DNA of 64,000 nucleotides from a bacterium. GTDB lineage: Bacteria > UBA8248 > JACPRG01 > G963555815. The notes beneath the pieces are model-generated. The model saw only the letters and a list, made by a program, of their open reading frames with translations. It had not been told where the DNA came from and made no database searches. A program made the translations under genes and the position numbers. This document shows, piece by piece, positions 38,802 to 48,344 of this stretch (the stretch's first letter is position 1; every line of letters begins with the position of its first letter). Location: positions 256,001 through 320,000 of the forward strand of contig CBDHDG010000007.1 in assembly GCA_965261595.1 (NCBI GenBank), read 5' to 3'.

Positions 38802-39467
38802 TCATATGGTCCTGTGGCCTCGTCCATCATGGGACACTACTACGAGAGCCCACAAATTGGTGGACAACGCCATTTCGAGGGCAGCGATGTGTGCAAATGC
38901 CCTATAATTGTGCAGTATAATTGATTCGGCGAAGGTCTCTCCTATCACGTTGACGGGAAGCGCGTCCCGCATCGCATGATGCCAGGAAAAGAACCCATGC
39001 GATTTGAATGGACCCTCCTGCTCATATGCGATGGCTACTAGAATGTTCTTCAGCAAACGACATATTTGCCCACGCCACGCCTCGGGAAGCGGGTTCTGTT
39101 TGTCCCAAGCCGAGGCCGCCATGAACACAGCAGCCTGCATCTCAGGATCATCATCACAAGCTTTTAGAAGTTCAGCAGTGTGGAGCGTGCCCTTCTTGAT
39201 TTTCCAGTAGGCGCCGAAAGTGCCGTCACGTGTAAGGGAAACCCGCCGCGTCGGGATTTCAGCGGTCGGCCACCAATCAATGATGCCAGAACCAATTCGG
39301 AGTCCATTCTTCGGGGAGGAAACGGGGACCTCCTAGAATCGGACCGGAAGGGCTGCATCGAATCCCAACGTCATGCACGCAATCCGCCACGCGGAATACA
39401 GGTCAGGCCAACTCGGAGAAACGGGGGCTTGATGTTCGCCACGTTTACGCATTTGACTCTCTGGCAT
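38802..39467 (-). pseudogene. Hypothetical cassette gene with one in-frame TAG (39333-39335)
   Basis: ATG directly after the GTTAGCC core; frame stays open to 38802 apart from one amber codon. Confidence 0.7.
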
Positions 39468-39644
39468 GGCTAACATTGTTTATATCGATCCGCATAACAC
39501 CCCAAATGCCGTGTCGATTGCCGTATAAGACGCCTGCGCAAAAGACAACGTTCGGGCATAACCAATGAGATATCACCTGTTGCGTCGAGGCGCTGTTCTT
39601 ATCACGGTGTTTTATACGGATCGGCATAAACCCTCATGATAACC
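39468..39644 (-). other. Long, degenerate attC-like palindrome
   Basis: GTTAGCC core; arms TTTATATCGATCCGCATAACACC / GGTGTTTTATACGGATCGGCATAAA. Confidence 0.55.
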
Positions 39645-39652
39645 TCAGAACA

Positions 39653-39736
39653 CATCGACGGGGCTGCGGAGCAGCGGCGGGAGGACTCGCAAGCTCGCTC
39701 GCGTGGACGACCGTTCGCTGCAGCCGCTTGATGGCC
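39653..39736 (-). other. Degenerate attC (both cores mutated)
   Basis: attC-like arms (GCAGCGG / CGCTGCAGCCGC) with GGCCATC and GTCGATG in place of the AAC/GTT cores. Confidence 0.55.
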
Positions 39737-39762
39737 GGCGCACCGAATCAAACGCTTTTGGC

Positions 39763-40215
39763 TCATATCGTGAGGTCGACTTCACAATCAAGGACGTGAA
39801 GGAGTGACAACAACGGGTCTATGGATTTGCGGTAATTCGTCTGATCGAGAAGTCGGTAGAATTGGGCCGCGGAAGTGCCAAGCCGCCGTATGATCTCCCG
39901 CTTGGACAACGGGCTGGCATCCACCCGTTTTTGAGCCTCGATGGTCAATTTGTAAAGGAGCAGATCTCTCAAATACCTGGGGTCCTGGTTGTATTCAAGG
40001 ACCTGCTCGATGTGAACTGTCCCCTCTTTGCCCGATTCCAGGACGTAAGTGAAACCTTCCCGGCCTAACTCCTTATCCACAAACACCCGGTCGATAGGGT
40101 CTTCGGCCGTCGGCTTTGGATTGACCTTGGCATAGGGAAAAACCAAGGTCTTAGCCGAGGCCGTCACCTCGAATGCTTTCTTTCGGTTGTTGTATGTGAC
40201 AGATCGGATCTTCAT
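39763..40215 (-). CDS. Putative antitoxin with C-terminal XRE-type HTH
   Basis: LSKREIIRRLGTSAAQFYRLLD; ATGA overlap with the upstream gene. Confidence 0.75.
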   Translation of the reverse strand: MKIRSVTYNNRKKAFEVTASAKTLVFPYAKVNPKPTAEDPIDRVFVDKELGREGFTYVLESGKEGTVHIEQVLEYNQDPRYLRDLLLYKLTIEAQKRVDASPLSKREIIRRLGTSAAQFYRLLDQTNYRKSIDPLLSLLHVLDCEVDLTI

Positions 40216-40406
40216 AACAAGCCTTCAGCATCCAGTTCCTCTATGAGTTCAAGAACTCTCCTTACTGCTTCGCCCTTCATGGGTTTCCTGTGGCCCAAAT
40301 CCCATTTCACCACGAGCTTCCCGTCCCGATAGACATGCACGTGTCGAGGGGGATGATCACCCTTCCAGGTGACAAAGACATCGCCACCCCGTCGAATCTT
40401 CCCCAC
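40212..40406 (-). CDS. DUF4160-like putative toxin
   Basis: DHPPRHVHV motif, 64 aa. Confidence 0.75.
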   Translation of the reverse strand: MGKIRRGGDVFVTWKGDHPPRHVHVYRDGKLVVKWDLGHRKPMKGEAVRRVLELIEELDAEGLL

Positions 40407-40412
40407 ATAATA

Positions 40413-40441
40413 ACGTTACCCCAGGAGGTAACACTTGTCAA
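40413..40441 (-). promoter_or_regulatory. Sigma70 promoter with overlapping operator for the DUF4160-HTH pair
   Basis: TTGACA-17bp-TAACGT; GTTACC-N6-GGTAAC palindrome at 40415-40432. Confidence 0.7.
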
Positions 40442-40477
40442 GAATCAATCACCGAAAGAGAAACGCTCTTCCCGCCC

Positions 40478-40506
40478 GCATAACGCTCAAGCTCAGCGGC
40501 GGCGCG
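40478..40506 (-). other. Half attC at the array start
   Basis: Minus strand CGCGCCGCCGCTGAGCTTGAGC-GTTATGC; the other arm is missing. Confidence 0.65.
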
Positions 40507-40594
40507 TAGATCACTCTCTCAAGCCCGGGAAAGGATGGTTGTAAATCAAGAAAAAACTCTCTATTTTCCCAGGTCCATCCCGCGCTCCCGGCCC

Positions 40595-41767
40595 TCACCC
40601 GCACACGGGAAAATGGAACGGATACCGGTGAAGGGACTCCCCCCCGCCGGGTTTGACGACGACGGCCGCGCCGAGTTGAAGGCCGGCCTTTCCGTCCGGC
40701 GTCATGGGGTTGGGCTGGATGACGACGACCATGTTCTCCGCCAGCGTGAACGGCTCGAAGGCGTGGTTGGAGCCGCGCGTGCCCAGCTCCGGATTGCGGC
40801 CCCCCTCGCCGTGGAACAGGATGTCGAGAATGGGATAGCCTTTGTCCTCTGTCATCCGCGATGAAACCTCGACGATCTCCTCGCTCGTGGCGCCGGGTCG
40901 CGTGACCTCCCGGACGGCTTCGTAGCACTCCAGCGCCACATCGAAGAGCTCCCGGTAAACCGGCGTCGGCTCGGCGGCCACGGCGAAGGGCCGGTGGATC
41001 TGCGTGACGTATCCCCAATAGGTGATGGTGATCTCCATAATAACGGCGTCCCCCTTCTCCAACTTCCTGGGCGTGAGGAACTGCCACGGCACAGGGCGCT
41101 CCGGGTTCTCCATCGGGGTGGTGGACACAAAGTGGATGCCCATGTGGCCCGACTCGGGCAGGAAGGCGCTGTGGATGACGGCGCTCAGGTCATACTCCGA
41201 GAGTCCGGGGCGGATTTCCCGCTCCAGGGCCTCGCAGGTCAGGTCGGAGAGCCGGCCGCTTTCGCGGAGCCACGCCAGCTCCTCCTCGCCGCGGATGATC
41301 CGGATCCGGTTATATGGCCCGGCCAGATCGGCGAACTCGGCGTCCGGCGCTTCCGCTTTCAGGGTCTCGAACTGGCTGTGGGGGATCGAATTTCCCAGGC
41401 CGATCACACCGATCCTCGCCGACCCCAGCCCCCGCTCCTTGAGATTTTCCGCCACGGCCTTTCCGGGATTCGGATGGGAGCACCGGACGTCCTCCACCAA
41501 GGACAGGGTCCGGGTGCACGCGATGTGGTTGTAGAAGTGCAGGAACAGCGTCGAGGGGCCTTCCAGGGGGAAGACCAGCCAGGCGGGCCGGGCGGGAATG
41601 TAATGGCTGAGATAGTGGACCGCCGAGCCCATGGCGCTGGTCCCGTGGACGACGAGGGCTTCGACGCCTTCGGTCCGCATCATGTCCCGGACGAGACCGA
41701 AGCGGCGCCGGTGTTCCGCGCCGGAAAACCTGGGATAGGGACCGCCGCCCCAGCCGGGGCCGCTCAT
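40595..41767 (-). CDS. M24/creatinase-like hydrolase
   Basis: Creatinase N-domain, IRPGLSE, HGEG; canonical metal ligands replaced (GYVTQIHR, IQPN). Confidence 0.85.
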   Translation of the reverse strand: MSGPGWGGGPYPRFSGAEHRRRFGLVRDMMRTEGVEALVVHGTSAMGSAVHYLSHYIPARPAWLVFPLEGPSTLFLHFYNHIACTRTLSLVEDVRCSHPNPGKAVAENLKERGLGSARIGVIGLGNSIPHSQFETLKAEAPDAEFADLAGPYNRIRIIRGEEELAWLRESGRLSDLTCEALEREIRPGLSEYDLSAVIHSAFLPESGHMGIHFVSTTPMENPERPVPWQFLTPRKLEKGDAVIMEITITYWGYVTQIHRPFAVAAEPTPVYRELFDVALECYEAVREVTRPGATSEEIVEVSSRMTEDKGYPILDILFHGEGGRNPELGTRGSNHAFEPFTLAENMVVVIQPNPMTPDGKAGLQLGAAVVVKPGGGESLHRYPFHFPVCG

Positions 41768-41828
41768 CGATGGGTCCAAAACTCGCTTCCTTCTGAGTGG
41801 CGGGGATTGGAAGAGATTCTTCCTTGTG

Positions 41829-42194
41829 CTAGTCCTCCGGCGGCCAATAACCCTTGTAAGACGTGTCCGTCCCGTTGAGCCACGCCCGCGTGCCGAGGCC
41901 AATGATGGAGCTTTCATGAAAACTCCACAGATGCATTTCGTAAGTCTTGAGACCCCGGACGTGGAAGGGATCTTTCTCGACGATCGCCCGGGCCTCTTCC
42001 TCCGTCTCGGTGAACAGAACGTAAAACCCCACCGGGTCGCGGCCGGGGGCGAGCTCTCCCAGCGGACCCGCCGCGAAGAGCTTTCCCGCATGCTCGGACT
42101 CGAACTGAAATTTCAGGTGACCTTTGAGGCTTTGATCGGCCTGTTCGGGACTCACGCCCGGGACCGGCTTGGACAAAATCCAATAAAGCGGCAT
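41829..42194 (-). CDS. YciI family protein
   Basis: HL...GKLFAAGPL...EEARAIVEKDPF. Confidence 0.85.
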   Translation of the reverse strand: MPLYWILSKPVPGVSPEQADQSLKGHLKFQFESEHAGKLFAAGPLGELAPGRDPVGFYVLFTETEEEARAIVEKDPFHVRGLKTYEMHLWSFHESSIIGLGTRAWLNGTDTSYKGYWPPED

Positions 42195-42422
42195 GTTGTG
42201 CGTCTCCTCGACATGGGAACCGGCGATGCGCCGGCGTGAGCGCCCCGCCTATGAACCGGACTCCGAGGGTTCTATCCCAACACCCCAAGACCCTTTCCAT
42301 CAGATTCAACCCGATTTTCGCGCGAAAGATAGAGTCGCGTAAAGCCTCCGCGCGCGACCGGACGGCCGCCCCGGCGACGGACCCGGCCCACCCGGACCCG
42401 GGATAGGACGCGGAGGGGAGGG

Positions 42423-43448
42423 TCAGGCGTTGCCGCTGAACTTCGGCCTTCCGGCCACGTAGCCGTTCTCCTCGAACCACCGGGCGGCGTCGCTCAGGGC
42501 GGTCTCGGGAGGGGTCTGCTGAAAGCCCAGCTCCCGGACGGCTTTGTCCGATTTGTAGAACATGTAATGGGCCGCGTGGCGAACGGCGGAGAGCGGGATG
42601 AGCGGCTGGCGGCGGGTTACGTATCTGGAGACGGCTTCGTTGACGTGGGCCATCAAAAGGGCAAGGCGGTGGGGAATCCGGATTCTCGGGGCGCGCTTGC
42701 CCAGGATGTCCGCCAGCAGGCCTAAAATCTCTTTCAACGTCAGATTGGCGTTCCCCAGGATGTAGCGCTCGCCGGGTTTCCCCCGCTCCATGGCCAGAAC
42801 GTGGCCGCGGCACACGTCCCGCACGTCCACCAGGTTGAGGCCAGTGTCCAGATAGGCCGGCATCTTTCCCTTCTGAAAATCCAGAATGATTCGGCCCGTG
42901 GGGGTCGGCTTCACGTCCCCCGGACCGACGGGGGCGCTGGGGTTGACGACGACGACCGGAAACCCTTCCGCGCTCACGGCCAGGGCCTCTTTCTCGCCCA
43001 GGTATTTCGTTTTTCGGTATTGCCCCTCCAGCGCGTCCACCCCCGGGTCCGAAGACTCGTCCAGGGGCGTTCCATCCGGAGAATTCCCCAACACCGCGAC
43101 CGAGCTGCAGTGAACGGCCTTTTCCACCCCCGCGTCCCTGGCCGCTTCCAACACGGCCCGCGTTCCCCGGACGTTGACGGCGAACATCCGCTCCGGGTCG
43201 GGAACCCAGAGGCGGTAATCGGCGGCGACGTGATAGAGCCGCTCGCAGCCCTCAATGGCCGGACGGAGCCGCTCCGGGGAGGTCAGGTCCCCCTCGACCC
43301 ACTCCAGCCGGTCCCCCGGCAGATCAGCCAGGTGCGCCCGGAGGCTGCCCGGCCGGATCAGCGCCCGGACCGTGTGGCCCTCCGAGACGAGGAGGCGGAC
43401 GAGATTGGCCCCGACGAAACCGGAGGCGCCTGTGACAAATATCTTCAA
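42423..43448 (-). CDS. hpnA: Hopanoid-associated NAD-dependent epimerase
   Basis: TGASGFVG, HVAADYRLW, YRKTK, KPTPTGRII; adjacent to hpnH. Confidence 0.92.
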   Translation of the reverse strand: MKIFVTGASGFVGANLVRLLVSEGHTVRALIRPGSLRAHLADLPGDRLEWVEGDLTSPERLRPAIEGCERLYHVAADYRLWVPDPERMFAVNVRGTRAVLEAARDAGVEKAVHCSSVAVLGNSPDGTPLDESSDPGVDALEGQYRKTKYLGEKEALAVSAEGFPVVVVNPSAPVGPGDVKPTPTGRIILDFQKGKMPAYLDTGLNLVDVRDVCRGHVLAMERGKPGERYILGNANLTLKEILGLLADILGKRAPRIRIPHRLALLMAHVNEAVSRYVTRRQPLIPLSAVRHAAHYMFYKSDKAVRELGFQQTPPETALSDAARWFEENGYVAGRPKFSGNA

Positions 43449-43504
43449 TTCAGGATTTCAGGCGTGAAGGCGATTCAGTACGGATAGCGATATGAAAAGA
43501 CAGG

Positions 43505-44650
43505 TCACCCGACACCGGCGGTCTCGCGGTCCAGGACTTCTTTTCGCTTCACCTGGATGCTGAGCTCTTTGACCTGTTTTTCATACCGGTACTCGGCGGA
43601 CCGGGCGCCATCCAACGGGATCTCGGGCGCCATGGGTCCATCGGTCCGGATGCCGCGGAAGGCGACCTTCATCGCATGGAGCGGGTTGGACAGGGTGTCC
43701 GTAACGGCCGTGGCCTCGTATCCGCAGTGGGCCATGCAATCGGCGCATTTCTCGTAATTGCCGGTGCCGTACGCCTCCCACTCAGTTTCCTCCATCAACT
43801 CCCGAAAGGTGGGAACGAAGCCCTCGCCGAGGAGGTAGCACGGCTTCTGCCAGCCGAAGATGTTGTACGTCGGGTTCCCCCACGGGGTGCAATGGTACTG
43901 CTGATTCCCGGCCAGGAAATCGAGATAGAGGGTCGAATGGCTGAAACGCCATTTCCGTCCTTTTCCGTGCCGGAAGATTTCCCGGAACAGGTTCTTGGTT
44001 TTTTGCCGGTTGAGGAAATGCTCCTGGTCCGGCGCCCGCTCGTAGGCGTAGCCCGGCGAAACGGTGATGGAATCAACCCCCATCTCCATCACCGAGTCGA
44101 AGAATTCGGCCACGTTTTCCGGATCAGTTCCGTCAAAAAAGGTGCAGTTGACGTTGGCGCGGAACCCCTGCTTGCGGACCTCCTCGATGACCGCCACCAC
44201 CTTGTCGTACACACCGTCCTGACAAACCGATGCGTCATGGTGCTCCCGGTCGCCGTCCAGGTGGAGGGAAAACGTGAGGTATGGGCTGGGCGTGAAGAGG
44301 TGAAGCTTTTTTTCCAGCAACAGGGCGTTGGTGCACAGGTAAACAAACTTCTTCCGCGCGACGATGCCCGCCACAATCTCGTCGATGTCCTTGTGAATCA
44401 GCGGCTCGCCGCCGGGGATGGAAACGATGGGCGCTCCGCATTCATCGACCGCCTTCAGACATTCCTCGACGCTGAGCCGCATGTTGAGGATGTCGCCCGG
44501 GTAGTCAATCTTTCCGCATCCGGCGCAGGCCAGGTTGCACCGGAAGAGGGGCTCCAGCATCAGCACCAGGGGATACTTCTTGTTCCCTTGAATGCGCTGC
44601 TTGAGGATATAGGCGCCAACGCGAATTTGCTGTATCAGCGGGACCGACAC
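43505..44650 (-). CDS. hpnH: Adenosyl-hopene transferase (radical SAM)
   Basis: YPLVLMLEPLFRCNLACAGCGKI, CTPWG, CADCMAHCGYE. Confidence 0.96.
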   Translation of the reverse strand: MSVPLIQQIRVGAYILKQRIQGNKKYPLVLMLEPLFRCNLACAGCGKIDYPGDILNMRLSVEECLKAVDECGAPIVSIPGGEPLIHKDIDEIVAGIVARKKFVYLCTNALLLEKKLHLFTPSPYLTFSLHLDGDREHHDASVCQDGVYDKVVAVIEEVRKQGFRANVNCTFFDGTDPENVAEFFDSVMEMGVDSITVSPGYAYERAPDQEHFLNRQKTKNLFREIFRHGKGRKWRFSHSTLYLDFLAGNQQYHCTPWGNPTYNIFGWQKPCYLLGEGFVPTFRELMEETEWEAYGTGNYEKCADCMAHCGYEATAVTDTLSNPLHAMKVAFRGIRTDGPMAPEIPLDGARSAEYRYEKQVKELSIQVKRKEVLDRETAGVG

Positions 44651-44876
44651 GGCCGGGTTCCTGAATGAAAGAGGCCAACAGCAACGAACAACCGGGAATT
44701 CGAGGATTCAACGGGGGGCTATCGTGAACCCCAACTGCCGGAGCGCGCGGTTCAAGGGGTTTGCGCCGCCTGCCAGTTTCGCCGTAAACGTTGAATTCAT
44801 GTTAATTGGGCATCGCGATGTTGTCAACTGAAACGCCGGGGACCGTCAATGGACTTGGGTCCCGATCCGGCCCGCG

Positions 44877-45968
44877 CTATCTCAAATCGAACTGACTGCC
44901 CAGGGAAAAGTAAAGACTGAAATCCGCGTCCACGGCCGCCGAGTTCTTGAAGTTCTGGACGATCCCGAATTGGGCCAGCCAGCCCTGTCTAAACGCCCAT
45001 TTGGCGCCCAGGTTGATTTCATAGCTCCGGTCCGTCAACGGCCGGACACTCAGCACGATGTTCGGATCCGCCGACTCCTCGGCGTCCAGATCCATCAATC
45101 CCCCCACAATCTTCAATTGACCGCCGATGGACCACTCCGCGCTGAGCAGCCGTTCCAGAGAAAAATGGCCGTAGAGAATGGGGTCGGGCTTCAAGCGCGG
45201 GGTTTGAAAAGGGTTGCCGGGGAGTGTTACGCCACCACCGACGGATACGCTCCACCGTCCCCAAATCTTCTGGATCGCCACGCCGGCGGCTCCGTCGAAT
45301 TCCCCGCTCCCGTGTAGGTCACTGAATTCTCCGGTTGGAAACTTGACGGCCAGTCGGAGCGAGACGGCCGGGATCCAGAAGGTTTCCTGAAAGACCTGAA
45401 ACAGGCCCTCCAAGGAAACATCCCCGACGCCGAAAGTGTCTTCTCTCACGTCGATTTCCGTCGTCCCGCCGTCAATCAGCCGAATGTCGACCTGATTCGC
45501 CGTTTCAGCCTCCCGGTCGCCCCGGATCCTGTCGATGGAACGCTCGACCGCCTCGATGAACCCATCCAGGAACCCACCATGGATATAAACGATCGGAACA
45601 TTCACCCCGAGGGTCAGGCGTCGGGTGAGACCATATTTGAATCTTCCGGTCACGCGCGTCATCTCGGCGTCGGCCTTGAAGAATGGTTCCTTCCCCGTAT
45701 CGTCCAACAGGGTGTTGGTCTCCGTGACGTCCAAGCGCACCTGGAGCCGCCCTTTCCGGAGCGCATAGGCCCTTTCCGGCGTAAATCCAAAGAAAAGGAG
45801 ATGAATGGGCTGAAGGTTCCGGATGGGAAGCGGGCCCAGAATTTCCCGAGGATCCATCAACTCGGCTTGACTGGATGTCATCCGGTCGGATTGAGCGGAG
45901 CCCTTTTTCTCGGCGGCGGCGCAAACCGCGGCCACCAGCAGGACACCGGCCGCCACGCCAATCCACAT
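44877..45968 (-). CDS. DUF3187-like outer-membrane beta-barrel protein
   Basis: Signal peptide, PLPIRN, GGFLDGFIE, KFPTG, aromatic C-terminal strand. Confidence 0.7.
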   Translation of the reverse strand: MWIGVAAGVLLVAAVCAAAEKKGSAQSDRMTSSQAELMDPREILGPLPIRNLQPIHLLFFGFTPERAYALRKGRLQVRLDVTETNTLLDDTGKEPFFKADAEMTRVTGRFKYGLTRRLTLGVNVPIVYIHGGFLDGFIEAVERSIDRIRGDREAETANQVDIRLIDGGTTEIDVREDTFGVGDVSLEGLFQVFQETFWIPAVSLRLAVKFPTGEFSDLHGSGEFDGAAGVAIQKIWGRWSVSVGGGVTLPGNPFQTPRLKPDPILYGHFSLERLLSAEWSIGGQLKIVGGLMDLDAEESADPNIVLSVRPLTDRSYEINLGAKWAFRQGWLAQFGIVQNFKNSAAVDADFSLYFSLGSQFDLR

Positions 45969-46313
45969 CCGCAATCCGGCAAACACCCAATTCGGGCGAC
46001 ACAAAAACGGCAACACATCTCTCCCAGAGAGAACCAATTAAAAATCCTTAAGGTATTACTTGAGTATAAAAGCCCCCACAACCCTTTGTCAACACAAGGG
46101 TTATCGAATCGTTCTCCATCTTTGTCGGGCTGTCTTAGAGGTTATCTCATCGGAGTCGCCTTGCAAGCGATTTCTTCAACGGCGTATAATCCGATTTCAA
46201 GATAAACATTTCCGGCACATTCTGATTTCGATCCCCTCGAAACGGGAAAAAACGGACCGGATTTTGCACTTTTTATCCGCCCGTCGACGAAATGCGTTTG
46301 AGCAGGACGTTTC

Positions 46314-47744
46314 ATGCGGTGGAATGCCGATCTGTATGCGAGGCCTAGGGTGCGCAATAAAATCCGGGTTTTGGGCTGGACGTTGGGTTTGGCCGTTTGG
46401 CTTTCAGTCGGATGTGCGGGTTTGTCTTCACTGCACGCGGAAACGTCCCAGCCCCTCCCCCCCCTGAAGAAAAGCCCTCAGCAACCGCAACTGCTGGTTC
46501 TCAGTCCACAGACCAAGCCGCCGGCCCTGCCATCCTCCTTGAACTTGTTGATGCACGCCCAGTTCCAACCGTCCACCCTGCGCCGGCGACCTGAAATAAA
46601 AGAAGAAAATGGCCGGACCCGGCCGCTGTTTCTCCCATTGCCGGCCATTGCCTCGAATCCGAACAAGGGGGTGGATTTCGGCATCCTTCCCGTCGTTCTG
46701 TTTTTCGACAAGGAGAACAGCGGCCGGATTAAGAACATCCTGGCGCCCTCGCTGATTTTCAATACGGAGACCGGTCTGAAAGGGGCCTTTCGCTGGCTGG
46801 GTTATCTGCCAAAGGGCGCGAAGTACCAACTCATCGCCATTCAATCCATCGATGTGGATTCGGATTACATCGCGGAGATTCAGGCCCCCCGGATTGGGCC
46901 AAACGACCGTTTCGCCGCCGCCACGGGGGTCCGCTTTGAACGAGACCCAACGAAGGTGTTTTACGGCTTTGGACCGGACAGCCGGAAGGGAGGCAAGTCG
47001 GGCTTGATCCAACGGCAATACCTTGCCTCTTTGAGCGCTGGGATTAACCTCCTTGAACATTTCCGGGTCAGCTACAACGAGCGGCTGCGCGTCGCGCTCA
47101 TTGAGGACGGCGGGGGCTCGCAGGACCCGTTTATCGGCGACACCTTCCCGGGCGCTTCGGGGGTTCGCACGTGGAGCACCATCTCGGCCCGGGGATTGAG
47201 CGTATTGTTCGACACCCGCGATTCAGGGGCCACGCCGACGCGGGGATATTTCGGGATGGTGGGCATTGAAATCTCACAACAAGCGCTCGGAAGCGAACAA
47301 TCTTTCACACGGGTTTACGGTGAGGCCAAGGCCTTCATCCCCTGGCCCAACACGCAGTGGATCAGCGCGGTGCGGGTTTTTAGCAGTTTCATTGATAACG
47401 GCGGCGTCCCTCACTATGAGCAAAGCGTTCTGGGCGGAAAGGATTTTCGAGGATTTCCCAGCGGCCGCTTTGTAGACCGGGGGGTTTTCACCGTCAACCT
47501 GGAAGAAAGAATCCAGGTGATTCGCTTGGAGCTTCTTCGGGTCCCCTTTGACGTGGAAGCGGCCCCGTTCGTCGAGTTCGGCCAAGTCTTCAACGATCTG
47601 GCAGACATCGAAGCCCGGCGGCTTCAGGTGTCTTATGGCTTGGGTATTCGGGCGGTGGTTCGGCCGGACGTTGTGGGAAAGATAGACATTGGAGTGGCCG
47701 ACGAAGGATTAAATATCCGCGTGGGATTGGATTATCCCTTCTAA
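46314..47744 (+). CDS. Omp85/BamA-TamA family surface-antigen barrel protein
   Basis: FDTRDS..PTRG, LGG..FRGF..GRF.D, C-terminal Phe. Confidence 0.82.
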   Translation: MRWNADLYARPRVRNKIRVLGWTLGLAVWLSVGCAGLSSLHAETSQPLPPLKKSPQQPQLLVLSPQTKPPALPSSLNLLMHAQFQPSTLRRRPEIKEENGRTRPLFLPLPAIASNPNKGVDFGILPVVLFFDKENSGRIKNILAPSLIFNTETGLKGAFRWLGYLPKGAKYQLIAIQSIDVDSDYIAEIQAPRIGPNDRFAAATGVRFERDPTKVFYGFGPDSRKGGKSGLIQRQYLASLSAGINLLEHFRVSYNERLRVALIEDGGGSQDPFIGDTFPGASGVRTWSTISARGLSVLFDTRDSGATPTRGYFGMVGIEISQQALGSEQSFTRVYGEAKAFIPWPNTQWISAVRVFSSFIDNGGVPHYEQSVLGGKDFRGFPSGRFVDRGVFTVNLEERIQVIRLELLRVPFDVEAAPFVEFGQVFNDLADIEARRLQVSYGLGIRAVVRPDVVGKIDIGVADEGLNIRVGLDYPF

Positions 47745-48344
47745 GCCTGTTTGAAACTGTCATGGCGGCCGGGGTTGAAAGGCCCGAACGGGGGCGGGGA
47801 AGAAGGGGGGCCGCGTTTCCGTGACACCCGGTCATTACGGTGTGGTCAGTTTCCCGCCCACCCTGAAATACTCCCCAAAAGATCGTGGACGCGCTAACGG
47901 TCATCACAATCCGTCTCGTTAGCCTTGTAGGCGGGATGAAACCGCTGCGTCCTCTCTTGAGCGCCGGATAGCCATCGTTCTTGCGCTCCTCCCGGCCTTC
48001 ATCCACCTCACCCGACTCGTGCGGCCGGGGCGTCTTCCCGGAGCCGTCCTCGCCGTGACCCGCGGGACGCCGCCTATCACCCCTCCACCGAACCCGCCGC
48101 GTTCGAGCGGCTCTGGGCCGGAGGGGAGCTGATCCTGTTAATCACCAGATGGGGAGATTCCGCCCGGGAGCTGCTTTTCCGCTATCCGGAGCGGACCCGC
48201 GTGATCGCCGTTAATGACAGCGCCTGGGTTCTCGCCAATGGTGGCTGACACCGCTTCCGTTGGCCGGGCCGGCGGGATGCGCTATGATCCTCATTGCTTT
48301 CCCTGTCCTCACAGGGAATTTCATTCGCCTGATGGAGAAAGTTC

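Larger units (their letters stand above)
35363..40506 (-). mobile_element. Integron gene-cassette array without an integrase in the window (CALIN-like)
   Basis: Short co-oriented lower-GC ORFs, each bounded by RYYYAAC...GTTRRRY-like imperfect palindromes; no tyrosine recombinase nearby. Confidence 0.88.

Noticed and set aside
39333..39335. Pyrrolysine readthrough of the amber codon
   Set aside because: No pyl genes in the window and neighbouring cassettes are decaying
35363..40506. Repeats read as a CRISPR array or prophage
   Set aside because: Repeats are non-identical palindromes separated by whole genes; no cas or phage structural genes
47950..48248. Coding-like stretch without a start codon (…FERLWAGGELILLITR…WVLANGG*)
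   Set aside because: May be a decayed gene end, but cannot be assigned to a family by eye
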